Shown here piece by piece: positions 35,193-45,800 of a stretch of 64,000 nucleotides of DNA. A model generated the notes under the pieces. That model was not told where the DNA came from, ran no database searches, and worked only from the letters and a program-made list of their open reading frames with translations. Source of the stretch: Bacteroidaceae bacterium (GTDB lineage Bacteria > Bacteroidota > Bacteroidia > Bacteroidales > Bacteroidaceae); the NCBI GenBank assembly GCA_031552405.1, contig JAVBMN010000020.1, forward strand, positions 12,860 to 76,859, read 5' to 3'. The position numbers were made by a program, and so were the translations under genes. Positions within the stretch are counted from its first letter, which is position 1; every line of letters begins with the position of its first letter.

Positions 35193-38138
35193 TTATTCCG
35201 CAGAGAGAATTGTTTTTTCAGTGGCTACCGCACCGCTTTCATAGGTCTTTTCTATTACATGCACTCCATTTCCTAACGGACCTGATACTTCCAGGCCTTG
35301 CAGGTTATAGTACTTTCTCGATACTTCCTTATCATCCGCACTTACTCCTTCCAGTGAGGAGGGATTCTTTACGGATAAGGTATACTCTTTTCTGCTGCTT
35401 TGGTTGTACGCATTGAGGAATACAGAGGTATATACTCCTGCGTCTTCAGGGGTGATGCTGGATATGTTGTACTCACGAGTAGCTGACTGGTGACCGTTAG
35501 GGCCGGAAAACGCCCACGTACCAGTGGCCGAATAATTAGGACCGAAAGCGAAAGCCACCCCTGGATTCAGATTGCTGATGGTAGTGGCCTGCTGCCAGCT
35601 ACCGCTACCTATCTTGTAATAGGGAAGGATGTTTTGCGCGGTATACGCAGTGGTATTCTTCAACATATCCAGTTCGGCAATGGAGGCATACGTACCAGCA
35701 AGGGCAGTGAGGCGGAAATAGCGTGCTGAAACAGGCGTAAAATACACCTCGGCGCCATACGGCATCCAGCTACCGCCTGATACCGTTTTCCAATCCGTTC
35801 CGTCTACGCTGACCTCAAACAGATACTGGCGAATCAAGCCGTTCGTAGAATTATCCATGCGCGGAGTACAAAGGAAACCAGATACTTCATGTGTGGCACC
35901 CATATCTACCTCGATGCTGTGAGGAGCCGCAGCTGCCGTACCACTGTACCGGGTATGCCACTTGGTATTCACATTACCGTCAATGGCATTGGCAGCAGCT
36001 CCGCTTTCACCGCTGGTTTCCTGACTGCTGAAAGCACGGATCTTCCAGCCTGTTTTAGGCACACGGTTGGCTGTTGTTTCCGTTTCACGCCATTCACCGG
36101 TAGCAAAGTTTACATCAAATTGCTGCCTGTACGCAAAGGTGCAGGATTTACCGCTAAACTGAATGGGGAATATAATGGTTTTCGACTCTGCCAAGCCTGG
36201 ATCCTGCCAGCGGTCGCCCACGTACAGGTAAGTAGTACCTTTCGAGCCTTGCACCGTAAGTATGGAAGCGGCCTGAGTATCATAACTGATACCGTTACCA
36301 ATATTGCTCAGCCCCGACCATCCGGAGGTGAGGGAAGAGGAATAAGAGAGCTTTGCCTGGTTGGGATCCCAGCCCGTACAAGCAGAAGAGATCATGAAGT
36401 AAGTATCGCCCACCCGCACGATGGCCGGTGCTTCACGTCCCTGTCCGGCAAAGAGGACAGTATGACTCACTACGCTCAGATAGTCATCTGAAAGACGGAA
36501 GAGGCCAAGGTCACGATTCTCATTAGTGGTGGATATGAAATACGCAGTACCGTCATTGTCTACAAAGACATTACAGTCACGCGATTTCACATCAAGCGGG
36601 CGTCCTGCCCAGTGGAACTTATACGGCCCGTTTACCGAGTCGCAATAGAACACAGCCGCTTCGGAAGCGCCATAATTGCCTTGTTCCCAGTGGCACCATA
36701 CCACAAATTTCCCTGTTTTTTCGCAGTACATCAGTTTAGGACGTTCGATAAAGCGGCTGCTACCCAAGGAAGAATGGGTAACTCCGTTTTGAATAATCTT
36801 ACGTTCGAACTTCCAGTTCACAAAGTCCTTGGTAGAGTACATATTCACATCCGGGTTCCAGGTATTGTTACGGTCCTCACCTATCATATACCAAGTATCG
36901 CCCACCTGTACGAATCCGGCTCCATGAGCCTGCACGGAAGCACCGCTGGGGATTTTCCACAAGGCACCGTTGCGAATGGTCACAAACTCAGAGGGGCGAC
37001 CCTGCAGATATACCTTCTGCGCACTTTCCAGAGCGACAAGGGCGTCATTAAGGTTCTTTCCGGAAGGGGCATCATACACAGCCTGCGCTACGGCAATGGC
37101 GGATTGAAATGTAGTCTTACCCGGATAATCAGACTTATTATATAAGGTTTTTGCATCTGTAAGATTCCTACCCAATACATCGTAGGTTGTAAGCTCAGCC
37201 ACTTTCACAGAAAGAACATTTATGGTGGAAGCAAGGGATGAACGCTGGTCCTTAGGGTTGTCATACACAGTCTGTGCAGTTGCAAGCGCTGCCTCCATAT
37301 CGTTCTTATCAGGATACGCAGAAGCTGCCAACTGCTTTTTGAAGGCTGCTATAGCCTCCTTTAAGGGCTGGTATGCAGCAAGGATGGATTCGTACTCGGC
37401 AATGGCGGCATCCAGGGCAGCGATCGCGGCAATCAGGGCGGCATCGGTCTGCTCAACGGCCTTTCCCCGTGCAATAGCTGCGCGCAGTTGCGGCAAGGCG
37501 CAATATCCGGGACGGTCTGCAGCCAAAGTATCCGCCACGGCCGCAGCAAGCTTTTCGGCCAGGAGCTGGTTGTATCCTTCCAGGTCGCTGCCGCAATATT
37601 GCAGGGTGATGTGGTCAAATTCCAAGGTGGTTTGTCCGGTAGTGGCTATATCAAGGCCTATTTCCAACATCCCGTTATGCACCGTTCCGGTCGCCTCGTA
37701 ATAGGCCGAAGCGTTGTTTACCACATTGGTTTTCCCCTCATTGGCATAGAGGGTAACCGTCCCGCCAAAAGAGGCGAACAGTCCGGCTCTCACCGTATAT
37801 TGCCCGTTGGGCAGGTTGGAGATGGTCTGACTTACTTTCCCTGCCACGGCGCTTCCGTTCCAGATCTGCCAGTGGTTCTGGCCTTCTACAATCACCACTC
37901 CGTCCCCTTTGGCAGCTACGCTCATCTTTGAGGTGGCAGGGCTGAATGTTTTTGTCCACCCTTTCGGAACAAAACTGCTGCTGCCCGTATTGGCGGCATC
38001 GGAGTCGAACTCCGGATTTACCACTTTGGAGGTCACATCCGCACAGTCTTCATCAGCCGGCACCTGTGCGTAGAGTAAAGTGCCTGAGATGCAAATCGCC
38101 AAAAAGGCACACACTAAAAAGAGAAACTTTTTCTTCAT
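35193..38138 (-). CDS. Secreted GH43 enzyme B2, tandem paralog of B1 with the same domain order
   Basis: Colinear with B1 along its whole length (roughly three quarters identical by eye). Start trimmed to MKKKFLF, with a -7 box at 38161..38168. Confidence 0.8.
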   Translation of the reverse strand: MKKKFLFLVCAFLAICISGTLLYAQVPADEDCADVTSKVVNPEFDSDAANTGSSSFVPKGWTKTFSPATSKMSVAAKGDGVVIVEGQNHWQIWNGSAVAGKVSQTISNLPNGQYTVRAGLFASFGGTVTLYANEGKTNVVNNASAYYEATGTVHNGMLEIGLDIATTGQTTLEFDHITLQYCGSDLEGYNQLLAEKLAAAVADTLAADRPGYCALPQLRAAIARGKAVEQTDAALIAAIAALDAAIAEYESILAAYQPLKEAIAAFKKQLAASAYPDKNDMEAALATAQTVYDNPKDQRSSLASTINVLSVKVAELTTYDVLGRNLTDAKTLYNKSDYPGKTTFQSAIAVAQAVYDAPSGKNLNDALVALESAQKVYLQGRPSEFVTIRNGALWKIPSGASVQAHGAGFVQVGDTWYMIGEDRNNTWNPDVNMYSTKDFVNWKFERKIIQNGVTHSSLGSSRFIERPKLMYCEKTGKFVVWCHWEQGNYGASEAAVFYCDSVNGPYKFHWAGRPLDVKSRDCNVFVDNDGTAYFISTTNENRDLGLFRLSDDYLSVVSHTVLFAGQGREAPAIVRVGDTYFMISSACTGWDPNQAKLSYSSSLTSGWSGLSNIGNGISYDTQAASILTVQGSKGTTYLYVGDRWQDPGLAESKTIIFPIQFSGKSCTFAYRQQFDVNFATGEWRETETTANRVPKTGWKIRAFSSQETSGESGAAANAIDGNVNTKWHTRYSGTAAAAPHSIEVDMGATHEVSGFLCTPRMDNSTNGLIRQYLFEVSVDGTDWKTVSGGSWMPYGAEVYFTPVSARYFRLTALAGTYASIAELDMLKNTTAYTAQNILPYYKIGSGSWQQATTISNLNPGVAFAFGPNYSATGTWAFSGPNGHQSATREYNISSITPEDAGVYTSVFLNAYNQSSRKEYTLSVKNPSSLEGVSADDKEVSRKYYNLQGLEVSGPLGNGVHVIEKTYESGAVATEKTILSAE

Positions 38139-38160
38139 GGTTATAACATTTAAAACTCTA

Positions 38161-38168
38161 CAAAGGTA
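38161..38168 (-). promoter_or_regulatory. -7 box (TACCTTTG) for B2
   Basis: Minus-strand TAnnTTTG, about 23 nt upstream of ATG 38138. Confidence 0.55.
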
Positions 38169-38252
38169 TGGCAAGACAGGATAAGAAACAGGACTCTCTC
38201 CCTTCAGAGAAAGACGTTACGGCATCAAAGTGCCTATTTCCTGTATAAACCG

Positions 38253-38746
38253 CAGGTTTGTGGGCTCAGCGGCTTTTCCCGGTGGATGTTTTCCCCTTAG
38301 CTCTGAAAGAGCGTCCTACCTAAGCCTGGGGTCAATGAGCAAAGCGAATGCAGCCCCAGGAACAAACCGCCGTAAGGAATGAGTTCTGTAAGAACGATAT
38401 ACAAGCTCCACAAACTATCATTCTATTGAAAAGAAATAGAACACAATGTAGTGGCACAATTATTATCACAATTATAGGTGCATCGCATCTTTTCTGCGAG
38501 AAGGGGTTCGGTATAATGAGGGCTATACGAGACGGATTGATTGTATATCGTTCTTACAGAACTCATGCGCCTGGCGATGCTTTAAACCTGGGGCTGCATT
38601 CGCTTTGCTCATTGACCCCAGGCTTAGGTAGGACGCTCTTTCAGAGCTAAGGGGAAAGAATATGATCTACCTCTGCCGGTATGATCATATTTTTGATATG
38701 CGGGGAAACATCCACCGGGAAAAGCCGCTGAGTCGGTTTGTGCCTG
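38253..38746. repeat. Nested inverted-repeat element (MITE-like or large RNA/DNA hairpin)
   Basis: 38297..38360 is a perfect reverse complement of 38587..38650 (64/64 by eye). Outer arms 38265..38296 and 38702..38732 match apart from one indel. Inner arms 38376..38404 and 38541..38569 match over 26 bp. The loop is 136 bp. Confidence 0.8.
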
Positions 38747-38750
38747 CTAT

Positions 38751-41700
38751 TTACCTCCCTTTCAGCTTCTTGATGTAATCAGAAGGAAGCACTCCATACT
38801 CCGCCTTAAACGACTGGCGGAAGTAAGACATGTTGTTAAAGCCAACCCTTAAGGCTATTTCAGAGATGGGCATTTCAGAGGAGCGCATCAGTCCTTCGGC
38901 TTCCTGTATCCTGACTTTCCGGATCAATTCTGTTCCGGAAAGCCCGGTCAACGCCTTGACTTTCCGATAGAATGTGGATTCACTCATGTACGAGTGGTCG
39001 GCCAGGAAGGTTATGTTCAGTTGCTCCGACTCAATATTCTCCTTGATAAGTAAGGTTATCTTCTCTATAAATTCGCGATCCTGACGGCAGAAGACGTTCT
39101 CAATCGGGTGCTCTTCTTTCATTCCGACCGAAAAAGCGGCTGCCAGTTTTTTACGCGATTCAAGCAGGTTGTGCACCCTGCTTTGCAACAGCCGGGCTGT
39201 GAATGGTTTGGTGAGATAGGAATCCGCCCCCATGGAATAGCCTTCCGCTTTATCCTGCATAGAGTCCTTTGCTGTCAGCAAGATGATCGGGATGTGGCAA
39301 GTACGCAGGTCTTCTTTTACAGTTTTGCAAAGGTCGATCCCGTCTATAACAGGCATCATAATGTCACTGATAATAAGATCCGGTATCTGTTCAAAAGCGA
39401 TTTCCATACCCGCCTGTCCGTTTTCCGCTTCCAGAATTTTGTATTCGGAGCTGAAAGAAGAGGCAATGTACTCACGGATATCCACATGGTCCTCCACGAT
39501 CAGCAAAACCGGGCGGGAATGCCCGGTGGCCTCCTTGGGTTCCTGAATAGAGTCCTCCGGCTGAGGCAATACGTCCTCCCGAGTTTCTTTGTGCAATGCA
39601 TCCGGATACATATTTCCGGTCAGGAGCCGAAGCGTAAATACTGTTCCTTTTTCCAGTTGGCTTTCCACCTCTATACTCCCTTCGTGCAGAGCCACCAGCG
39701 ACTTAACCAAAGCCAGACCAATCCCCGTTCCCGAGGCCTGGTGCTTCTCCTTCGCCTGATAATAGCGGTCAAAGATATGAGGTAACGCCTCCGGGGCGAT
39801 CCCGTAGCCGGTATCTGAGACACGGATCACCGTATACTCTTGGCCGGAGTCTACCACAGAGCCCAGCGTCAAGCCGATTTCTCCTTCCTGCGTATATTTC
39901 ACGGCATTGGACAACAGGTTGTTCAGAATCGTGGTCATCACATCCGCATCGAAATAAAGCTCTACATTATCCGTCTCAATATGGATCTTGAACTGCAGGC
40001 GGGGATTGCGGTTTAGCTCTTTGTAACGCAGCCCTATCTCTGTGACCAAGTGGGCCAGATTCCCTCTGGCCACCACAAGTTCCCGATTCTGAGTCTCCGT
40101 TTTCCGGAATTCCAGGATCTGATTCACCAGATCCAAAAGACGAAGTGCGCTGCGATGAATCGTCTGTATCTTCTTACTATATCCCCCTGCCAGGCCCTGG
40201 TCATTTACCAGATCTTCCAACGGACCCAAGATCAGGGTCAGCGGCGTGCGGAGCTCATGGGTGATATTCGTATAAAAGCGGAGGCGTTCCTGGTTCAGGT
40301 TTTGCTCATTCTGGCTGTTCCTTCGCTCTATCTCGAGCGAACTTTTCAACCTTAGTTTCCGCTTGTAGGACCTGATCCACATAAAAACAGCTAAGCCTAT
40401 GACGCATACATACAAAAGTTTAGCATACCAGGTCAACCACAAAGGAGGATGAATCCGAATAGTCAGGGCTGCTATATGCTCCTCGTCCCAATCCTGGTTT
40501 CTCAGCCGGGCCTTTACCAGGAACCGGTAATTTCCCGGTGGAAGGTTACGAAACGTAACTCCATTCTCTCCATACGTATTGGACCATACTTCGTCCAGCC
40601 CTTCCATTTTATAGGCATATTCCACTTGCTTGCTCTGCGCATAATCGGGCACTACAAAAGAGATGCGAAGAGAGTTCTGATCGTGGTCTAAACCGATACT
40701 CCCATCTGCAGAGGGCAGAAAGAACTCAAAGCTATTATGCTCCACCTGCTTGTTGAACCCTTTACAGTCGATAATCTGAACCGGAGCCACCTGATGTTCC
40801 GCTTTCACGTCTTTCGGATTAAAATAACACACCCCGTTCAGTGATCCGAAGTACAACGTCCCATCGGAAGTCATACAGGTGGAGCCCTCTATAAAATTGC
40901 CTGCAGGAATGCCATCCTGCCGGTTGTAATTGTGAAAACGCTGCTGCTGCTTATTCCAAAAAGAGACCCCTTGATTCGTACTGATCCAGATGGTACCGGA
41001 GGCATCCTCCTGTATGGCTCTTACAAAAAGATCTTCCAAGCCGTGCTTCGGACCGTACCAGTCAAATTGTCCGGGTTGGTTGGTATCCTTCACGTACCCT
41101 ACACCACTCCGGGTAGCGATCCAGACACCGCCCTTCGAGTCTAAGTAAAGCTGGTTTATCGCGCTGGAGAAGAAACCATTCCCAGTATTTAGCGTATGTA
41201 CCAGATTGTGGTCCCGATCGAACACGCACACGCCTCCTCCGTATGTCCCTACCCACAGTTTACCCTGGCGGTCATGCAATATACCGAATACCGACTTGTC
41301 AGACAGCTGGTTCGTGACCTTCTCTTCCTTCTGCGCTACACCGTCTTTATACATATAAATGCCGTACTCCGCACCGATCCACATCGCACCTCCGGTATCT
41401 TCATAGAAGGTGATAATATCCACATATTCCATTCCCAACTCCACGCGCGTAATCTGTCCGGTTCGGGTATCAAGCCTCAACAAGCCATCATCATACAAAC
41501 CTATCAGGAGTACACCCTTCCGGTTCTCGTGCATAGAGAACACCTGGGAGTAAGGCCGATGCTGGTACTTGGAAAGATCAATTGTGCGAACCAACTGATT
41601 CTCCTTGAACACCGCTATTTTATTCTCGCCTCCCACCCATATCTGCTGGTCCTGGTCTGCATAAATGCCCCATACAGGATGGTTCTTTAACTTATTGGCT

Positions 41701-42782
41701 TTATTCATTGCGTAAGGAAGCGTCCGGAACAAGGGACGGGTATGACTGATAAAATCTACTCCGCTGCTGTAATTACCTATCCATATATTACCGAACGAGT
41801 CCTGCAACAAACTCCTGATATTCCCCGAAGAGAGCCCATTTTCATCACCGGTGGCGGCTATGTTTTTGAACTGCACCGTTTCCGGGCTCACAAAGCTGAT
41901 GTGGTACAAATCGAGTATACTGATCCCCCCGATATCACTGGCAATCCACAGAGTCCCATCGCCCATCTCCTTGATATCGTAGATATGATCGGCTATCAGC
42001 GAATGCGGGTTGCCCGGCTCGTGCTTAAATACCAGAAACTCTTCGGTACGCGGGTTGAATAAAGCCAGTCCACGATTTGTCCCCATCCAGATATTTTCAA
42101 GGTGGTCTACAAAGATAGAATACACGCTGTTTCCAGGCAGGCTTTTGGAGTTTTGCGGGTCATGACGGAAATGACGGGCCGTTTTCCGGGCTACATCCAT
42201 AATTGTCAATCCATCCTGTGCATGTCCTACATACAAATATCCCTTTCCATCATCAAAAGAGCACCAGTTCGAATTTTTGAGTCCCTTTATATTTTCAGAG
42301 GAATAAGCTGTATATTGCCTTGTCTCTTTATTATAATGTACCACTCCGTGGTGATGGTTGGCGATCCATATATTACCGTCTGCATCCTGTTCAATATCTA
42401 TGACTCCACTAATCAGGATGTTGCGAGGAGGGTCTACCCGGTAAAATTGGTGGGTAGCACAGTTGTAGGTCATCAGTATTGTAGTGGTACCAATCCATAG
42501 CATATTGTCCTGCTTGTCATACAACAAGGCGGTGATCGCATCATTAACCAGCCCGGAATTGCTGACGGTAAAACTCGTGATGTTCTTCCCGTCGAAACGG
42601 TTCAATCCGGATTCGGTAGCGATCCAGATAAATCCCTGCCCGTCCTGAACAATATGTTTCACATAGTTGTTGGAAAGCCCATCCTCCACACCCAGGTTTT
42701 TCAGAGCATACGCTTGGGCGGTATCGTGCATTGCACACCACAGTACAAGAGCCAGAACGGCTATAATCCGGTTTCGTTTCAT
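38751..42782 (-). CDS. Hybrid two-component system sensor/regulator HTCS-2
   Basis: 1343 aa. Periplasmic beta-propeller repeats plus a Y_Y_Y segment (EYAYKMEGLDEVWS), followed by a TM. Then HisKA (ITHELRTPLT), HATPase (SDTGYGIAPE), REC (LLIVEDH...DIMMPVIDG) and AraC HTH (STFYRKVKALTG). Confidence 0.9.
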   Translation of the reverse strand: MKRNRIIAVLALVLWCAMHDTAQAYALKNLGVEDGLSNNYVKHIVQDGQGFIWIATESGLNRFDGKNITSFTVSNSGLVNDAITALLYDKQDNMLWIGTTTILMTYNCATHQFYRVDPPRNILISGVIDIEQDADGNIWIANHHHGVVHYNKETRQYTAYSSENIKGLKNSNWCSFDDGKGYLYVGHAQDGLTIMDVARKTARHFRHDPQNSKSLPGNSVYSIFVDHLENIWMGTNRGLALFNPRTEEFLVFKHEPGNPHSLIADHIYDIKEMGDGTLWIASDIGGISILDLYHISFVSPETVQFKNIAATGDENGLSSGNIRSLLQDSFGNIWIGNYSSGVDFISHTRPLFRTLPYAMNKANKLKNHPVWGIYADQDQQIWVGGENKIAVFKENQLVRTIDLSKYQHRPYSQVFSMHENRKGVLLIGLYDDGLLRLDTRTGQITRVELGMEYVDIITFYEDTGGAMWIGAEYGIYMYKDGVAQKEEKVTNQLSDKSVFGILHDRQGKLWVGTYGGGVCVFDRDHNLVHTLNTGNGFFSSAINQLYLDSKGGVWIATRSGVGYVKDTNQPGQFDWYGPKHGLEDLFVRAIQEDASGTIWISTNQGVSFWNKQQQRFHNYNRQDGIPAGNFIEGSTCMTSDGTLYFGSLNGVCYFNPKDVKAEHQVAPVQIIDCKGFNKQVEHNSFEFFLPSADGSIGLDHDQNSLRISFVVPDYAQSKQVEYAYKMEGLDEVWSNTYGENGVTFRNLPPGNYRFLVKARLRNQDWDEEHIAALTIRIHPPLWLTWYAKLLYVCVIGLAVFMWIRSYKRKLRLKSSLEIERRNSQNEQNLNQERLRFYTNITHELRTPLTLILGPLEDLVNDQGLAGGYSKKIQTIHRSALRLLDLVNQILEFRKTETQNRELVVARGNLAHLVTEIGLRYKELNRNPRLQFKIHIETDNVELYFDADVMTTILNNLLSNAVKYTQEGEIGLTLGSVVDSGQEYTVIRVSDTGYGIAPEALPHIFDRYYQAKEKHQASGTGIGLALVKSLVALHEGSIEVESQLEKGTVFTLRLLTGNMYPDALHKETREDVLPQPEDSIQEPKEATGHSRPVLLIVEDHVDIREYIASSFSSEYKILEAENGQAGMEIAFEQIPDLIISDIMMPVIDGIDLCKTVKEDLRTCHIPIILLTAKDSMQDKAEGYSMGADSYLTKPFTARLLQSRVHNLLESRKKLAAAFSVGMKEEHPIENVFCRQDREFIEKITLLIKENIESEQLNITFLADHSYMSESTFYRKVKALTGLSGTELIRKVRIQEAEGLMRSSEMPISEIALRVGFNNMSYFRQSFKAEYGVLPSDYIKKLKGR

Positions 42783-42818
42783 AAGTAATCGCTATTGTTC
42801 ATTTCTCATCAATACTAT

Positions 42819-45800
42819 TTATCTCCCTTTCAACTTCCTGATGTAATCAGAAGGAAGCGCTCCATACTCCGCCTTAAACGACTGCCGGAAGTAGGCCATG
42901 CTATTAAAACCCGCCCTTAAGGCTATCTCAGAGATAGGCATCTCAGAAGAGTGCATCATTTGTTCGGCCTCCTTTATCCTTACTTTTCGGATTAATTCGG
43001 TGCCAGACATCCCGGTCAGAGCCTTGACCTTCCGGTAAAATGTAGACTCGCTCATGAATAAGCGGTCGGCCAGGAAGATGATATTCAGTTGCTCCGACTC
43101 AATGTTTTCCTTTATCAACGAGGTAACTTTCTCTATAAATTCGCGATCTTGCTGGCAGAATGCATCCTCAACCAGCTGCTCTTCTTTCATGCCGGTCGAG
43201 AAAGCCGTGGCCAGTTTCTTACGCGATTCAAGCAGGTTATCCACCCGGTTACGCAGCAACTGGGCAGTGAACGGCTTGGTGAGATAAGAGTCCGCCCCAA
43301 TGGAATAACCTTCTGCTTTATCCTGCATAGAATCCTTTGCCGTCAGTAGGATGACCGGTATGTGACAAGTACGTACATCTTCTTTGACAGCCTTACACAA
43401 GCTGATCCCATCCATTACGGGCATCATAATATCGCTGATAATAAGATCCGGGATCTGTTCAAAAGCGGTTTCCATACCTGCCTGGCCGTTTTCTGCGGTA
43501 TATATGTCAAAGGTCTTTTCAAACAATCCGGTAATATATTCCAGAATCTCCTTGTTATCTTCCACAATCAAAAGACGCGGGGCCGATGATTCCTTCTTCT
43601 CTGTCAAAAGCTTACTTTCCTCAACATGCAAAGCTTCCGGATAGGTATATTCCCTGCGGAGGCGCACATAGAAAGAAGTACCTTCTCCTTCACTACTCTC
43701 CACGGTAATAGTCCCCTGATGAAGCTGTACCATATTCTTTACCAGGGCCAGGCCTATTCCCGATCCTGCTGCCTGATATTCACCCTGCACCTGGTAATAA
43801 CGATCGAAGATCTTTTCCAGCTGAGCGGCAGGAATACCTCTCCCCGTATCGCTGACCACCAACTCTGTATACTCCGAGTCATCGGCTGTGACATTTCTTA
43901 GCCGGATGGTTATCTCTCCCTCTTCGGTGTATTTCAGAGCGTTAGATATCAGGTTGTCCAGAATGATGGTGATCACCTCAGGATCGTAGTACAGTTCCGT
44001 ATATGCGGCTTCCGGCAGCAGGTTTACAACCACCTGCTTATTCTGGTTCAGTTCCTTGTATTTCAGACCTATATCCCTCATCAGCAAGGACATATCTCCA
44101 TACCTGACACGCAAAACCCGGTTATTTGTTTCGCTTCTCCTGAACTCCAGAATCTGGTTTATCAGGTTCGACAAGCGGGTGGCGCTCCGGTAAATCAGCG
44201 AAATCTTCTTGTTTTGTTCCGGTTGCTGGGCATGATCTTCCAGCAGATCCCCCAGCGGGCCGATGATCAGGGTCAATGGCGTTCTAAGTTCATGCGCCAC
44301 ATTGGTATAAAACCGGAGTTTCTCATCGTTCAACTCCTGTTCTTTGCGGTGATTCTCTTTCTCTAAATAAAGAAGGCTCTCTAAGTTTAGTTTCCGTTTG
44401 TAGAAACGCGCCAGGAGGAAGATTACCCCAAAAACAAGGATATAGTAAAGCGTCTTCGCCCACCAGGAGAGCCAGAAGGGTGGCAGCACCTCTATTTGCA
44501 TGGACGCAGTCTGCTGAGACCATTCCTGGTTACGGATCCGTGATTTCACAGTGAAGGTGTAACTGCCGGGAGGCACATTACGAAAGGTAATCTGATTCTG
44601 TCCGTTGGCCGAGCGCCACGCCTCATCCATCCCATCCAGGCGGTACTGGTACTCTACCTGCCCGTTCAGGGCATAGTCCATAACATTAAACTCTACGGTG
44701 AACGTATTCTGATTGTGTTTCAGGCTTACCCGGGGGATCAGCGAAACACTTACCGCACTTTCCCCACCCGGATTTTCCGTTTCATAGTATGTAAAAGCAG
44801 TAACCCGCACATTCGGGAACTCCCGTTTCGCAAGGCGTTCGCCTGCGTTGACATAGCAAAGTCCGTCCTGCGAGCCAAAATACAGGGTACCGTCTGCCCC
44901 CTTCGCCACCGAGGCATTCATAAAGAATCCCAGCGGGATATGGTCTGAATGGGCATAGTTATCAAAGCGTTTGTTATGGAGCGAGTAGCGACTGATGCCA
45001 GAGTTGGTAGTCATCCACATCTCCCCGGGAAGCCCTTCCGCCACAGCGCGGATATAATCATCCGCAATCCCGTCTTTTTGATTCAATAAGTGAAGCTTTT
45101 GGTAATGGTCGCCCGGATCTAACCGCACCGCCCCATCGCGGGTGGCCACCCACATCCGGCCTCCGGAATCCCTGAACAGATGACTGATACCGTTAGAAGG
45201 AAATCCCCTGTTCATATCCAACACACGCACGGGAGCGAAATCCGGAGTAATGATACTGATCCCGCTGATCTGTGTACCAATCCACATATTCCCGTCTGCA
45301 TCCTGGGAGATGCTTTGGATCAGGTTGTTCCAGATCCCTATTTTGTCGCCATCCAATGCACGTACTTCACCACTATCCGGGTTGTATTTGATAACTCCGT
45401 AGTTTGTGCCTACCCATACGTTGTGGTCTTTGTCTTCATACAGACAGTTTACATACCCTTCTAAAGAGCGGTTACCCGTCAGTTTTACCGGTTCAAAACG
45501 CTCATTTCGGGGATTGTAACGTAACACTCCTCCTGCCAAAGTACCCAGCCACACGCTTCCCCGGCTATCACACAAGGCAGACAGCACGCCATTGCCAGGC
45601 AGGTTTCCTGTCTCCTTACTAAAAGTTTTCTGTTTCTTTCCGTTCTTATAAAGATTAATTCCTGCATCTGTTACAACCCACACCTGTTGATCCTGGTCTA
45701 CGCACACTGCCTGAACGCTTTTTCCGCTCAGGCCGTTCGTATCGCCTTTGACGGAGGAATAGGTAATCGTATGGAAGAATGACTTCCGATGACTGACAAA

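Noticed and set aside
38376-38569. Invertible-promoter (inverton) reading of the inner 26-bp inverted repeats around the 136-bp loop.
   Set aside because: I found no TAnnTTTG box in either orientation inside the loop and no serine or tyrosine invertase gene nearby. The arms are part of a much longer (over 100 bp) palindrome, unlike typical Bacteroides invertons. It remains a testable alternative only.
38348-38650. 100-aa ORF inside the nested inverted-repeat element.
   Set aside because: It spans the loop and one arm of a near-perfect palindrome. Its ends are dictated by the repeat, and it has no recognisable protein features.
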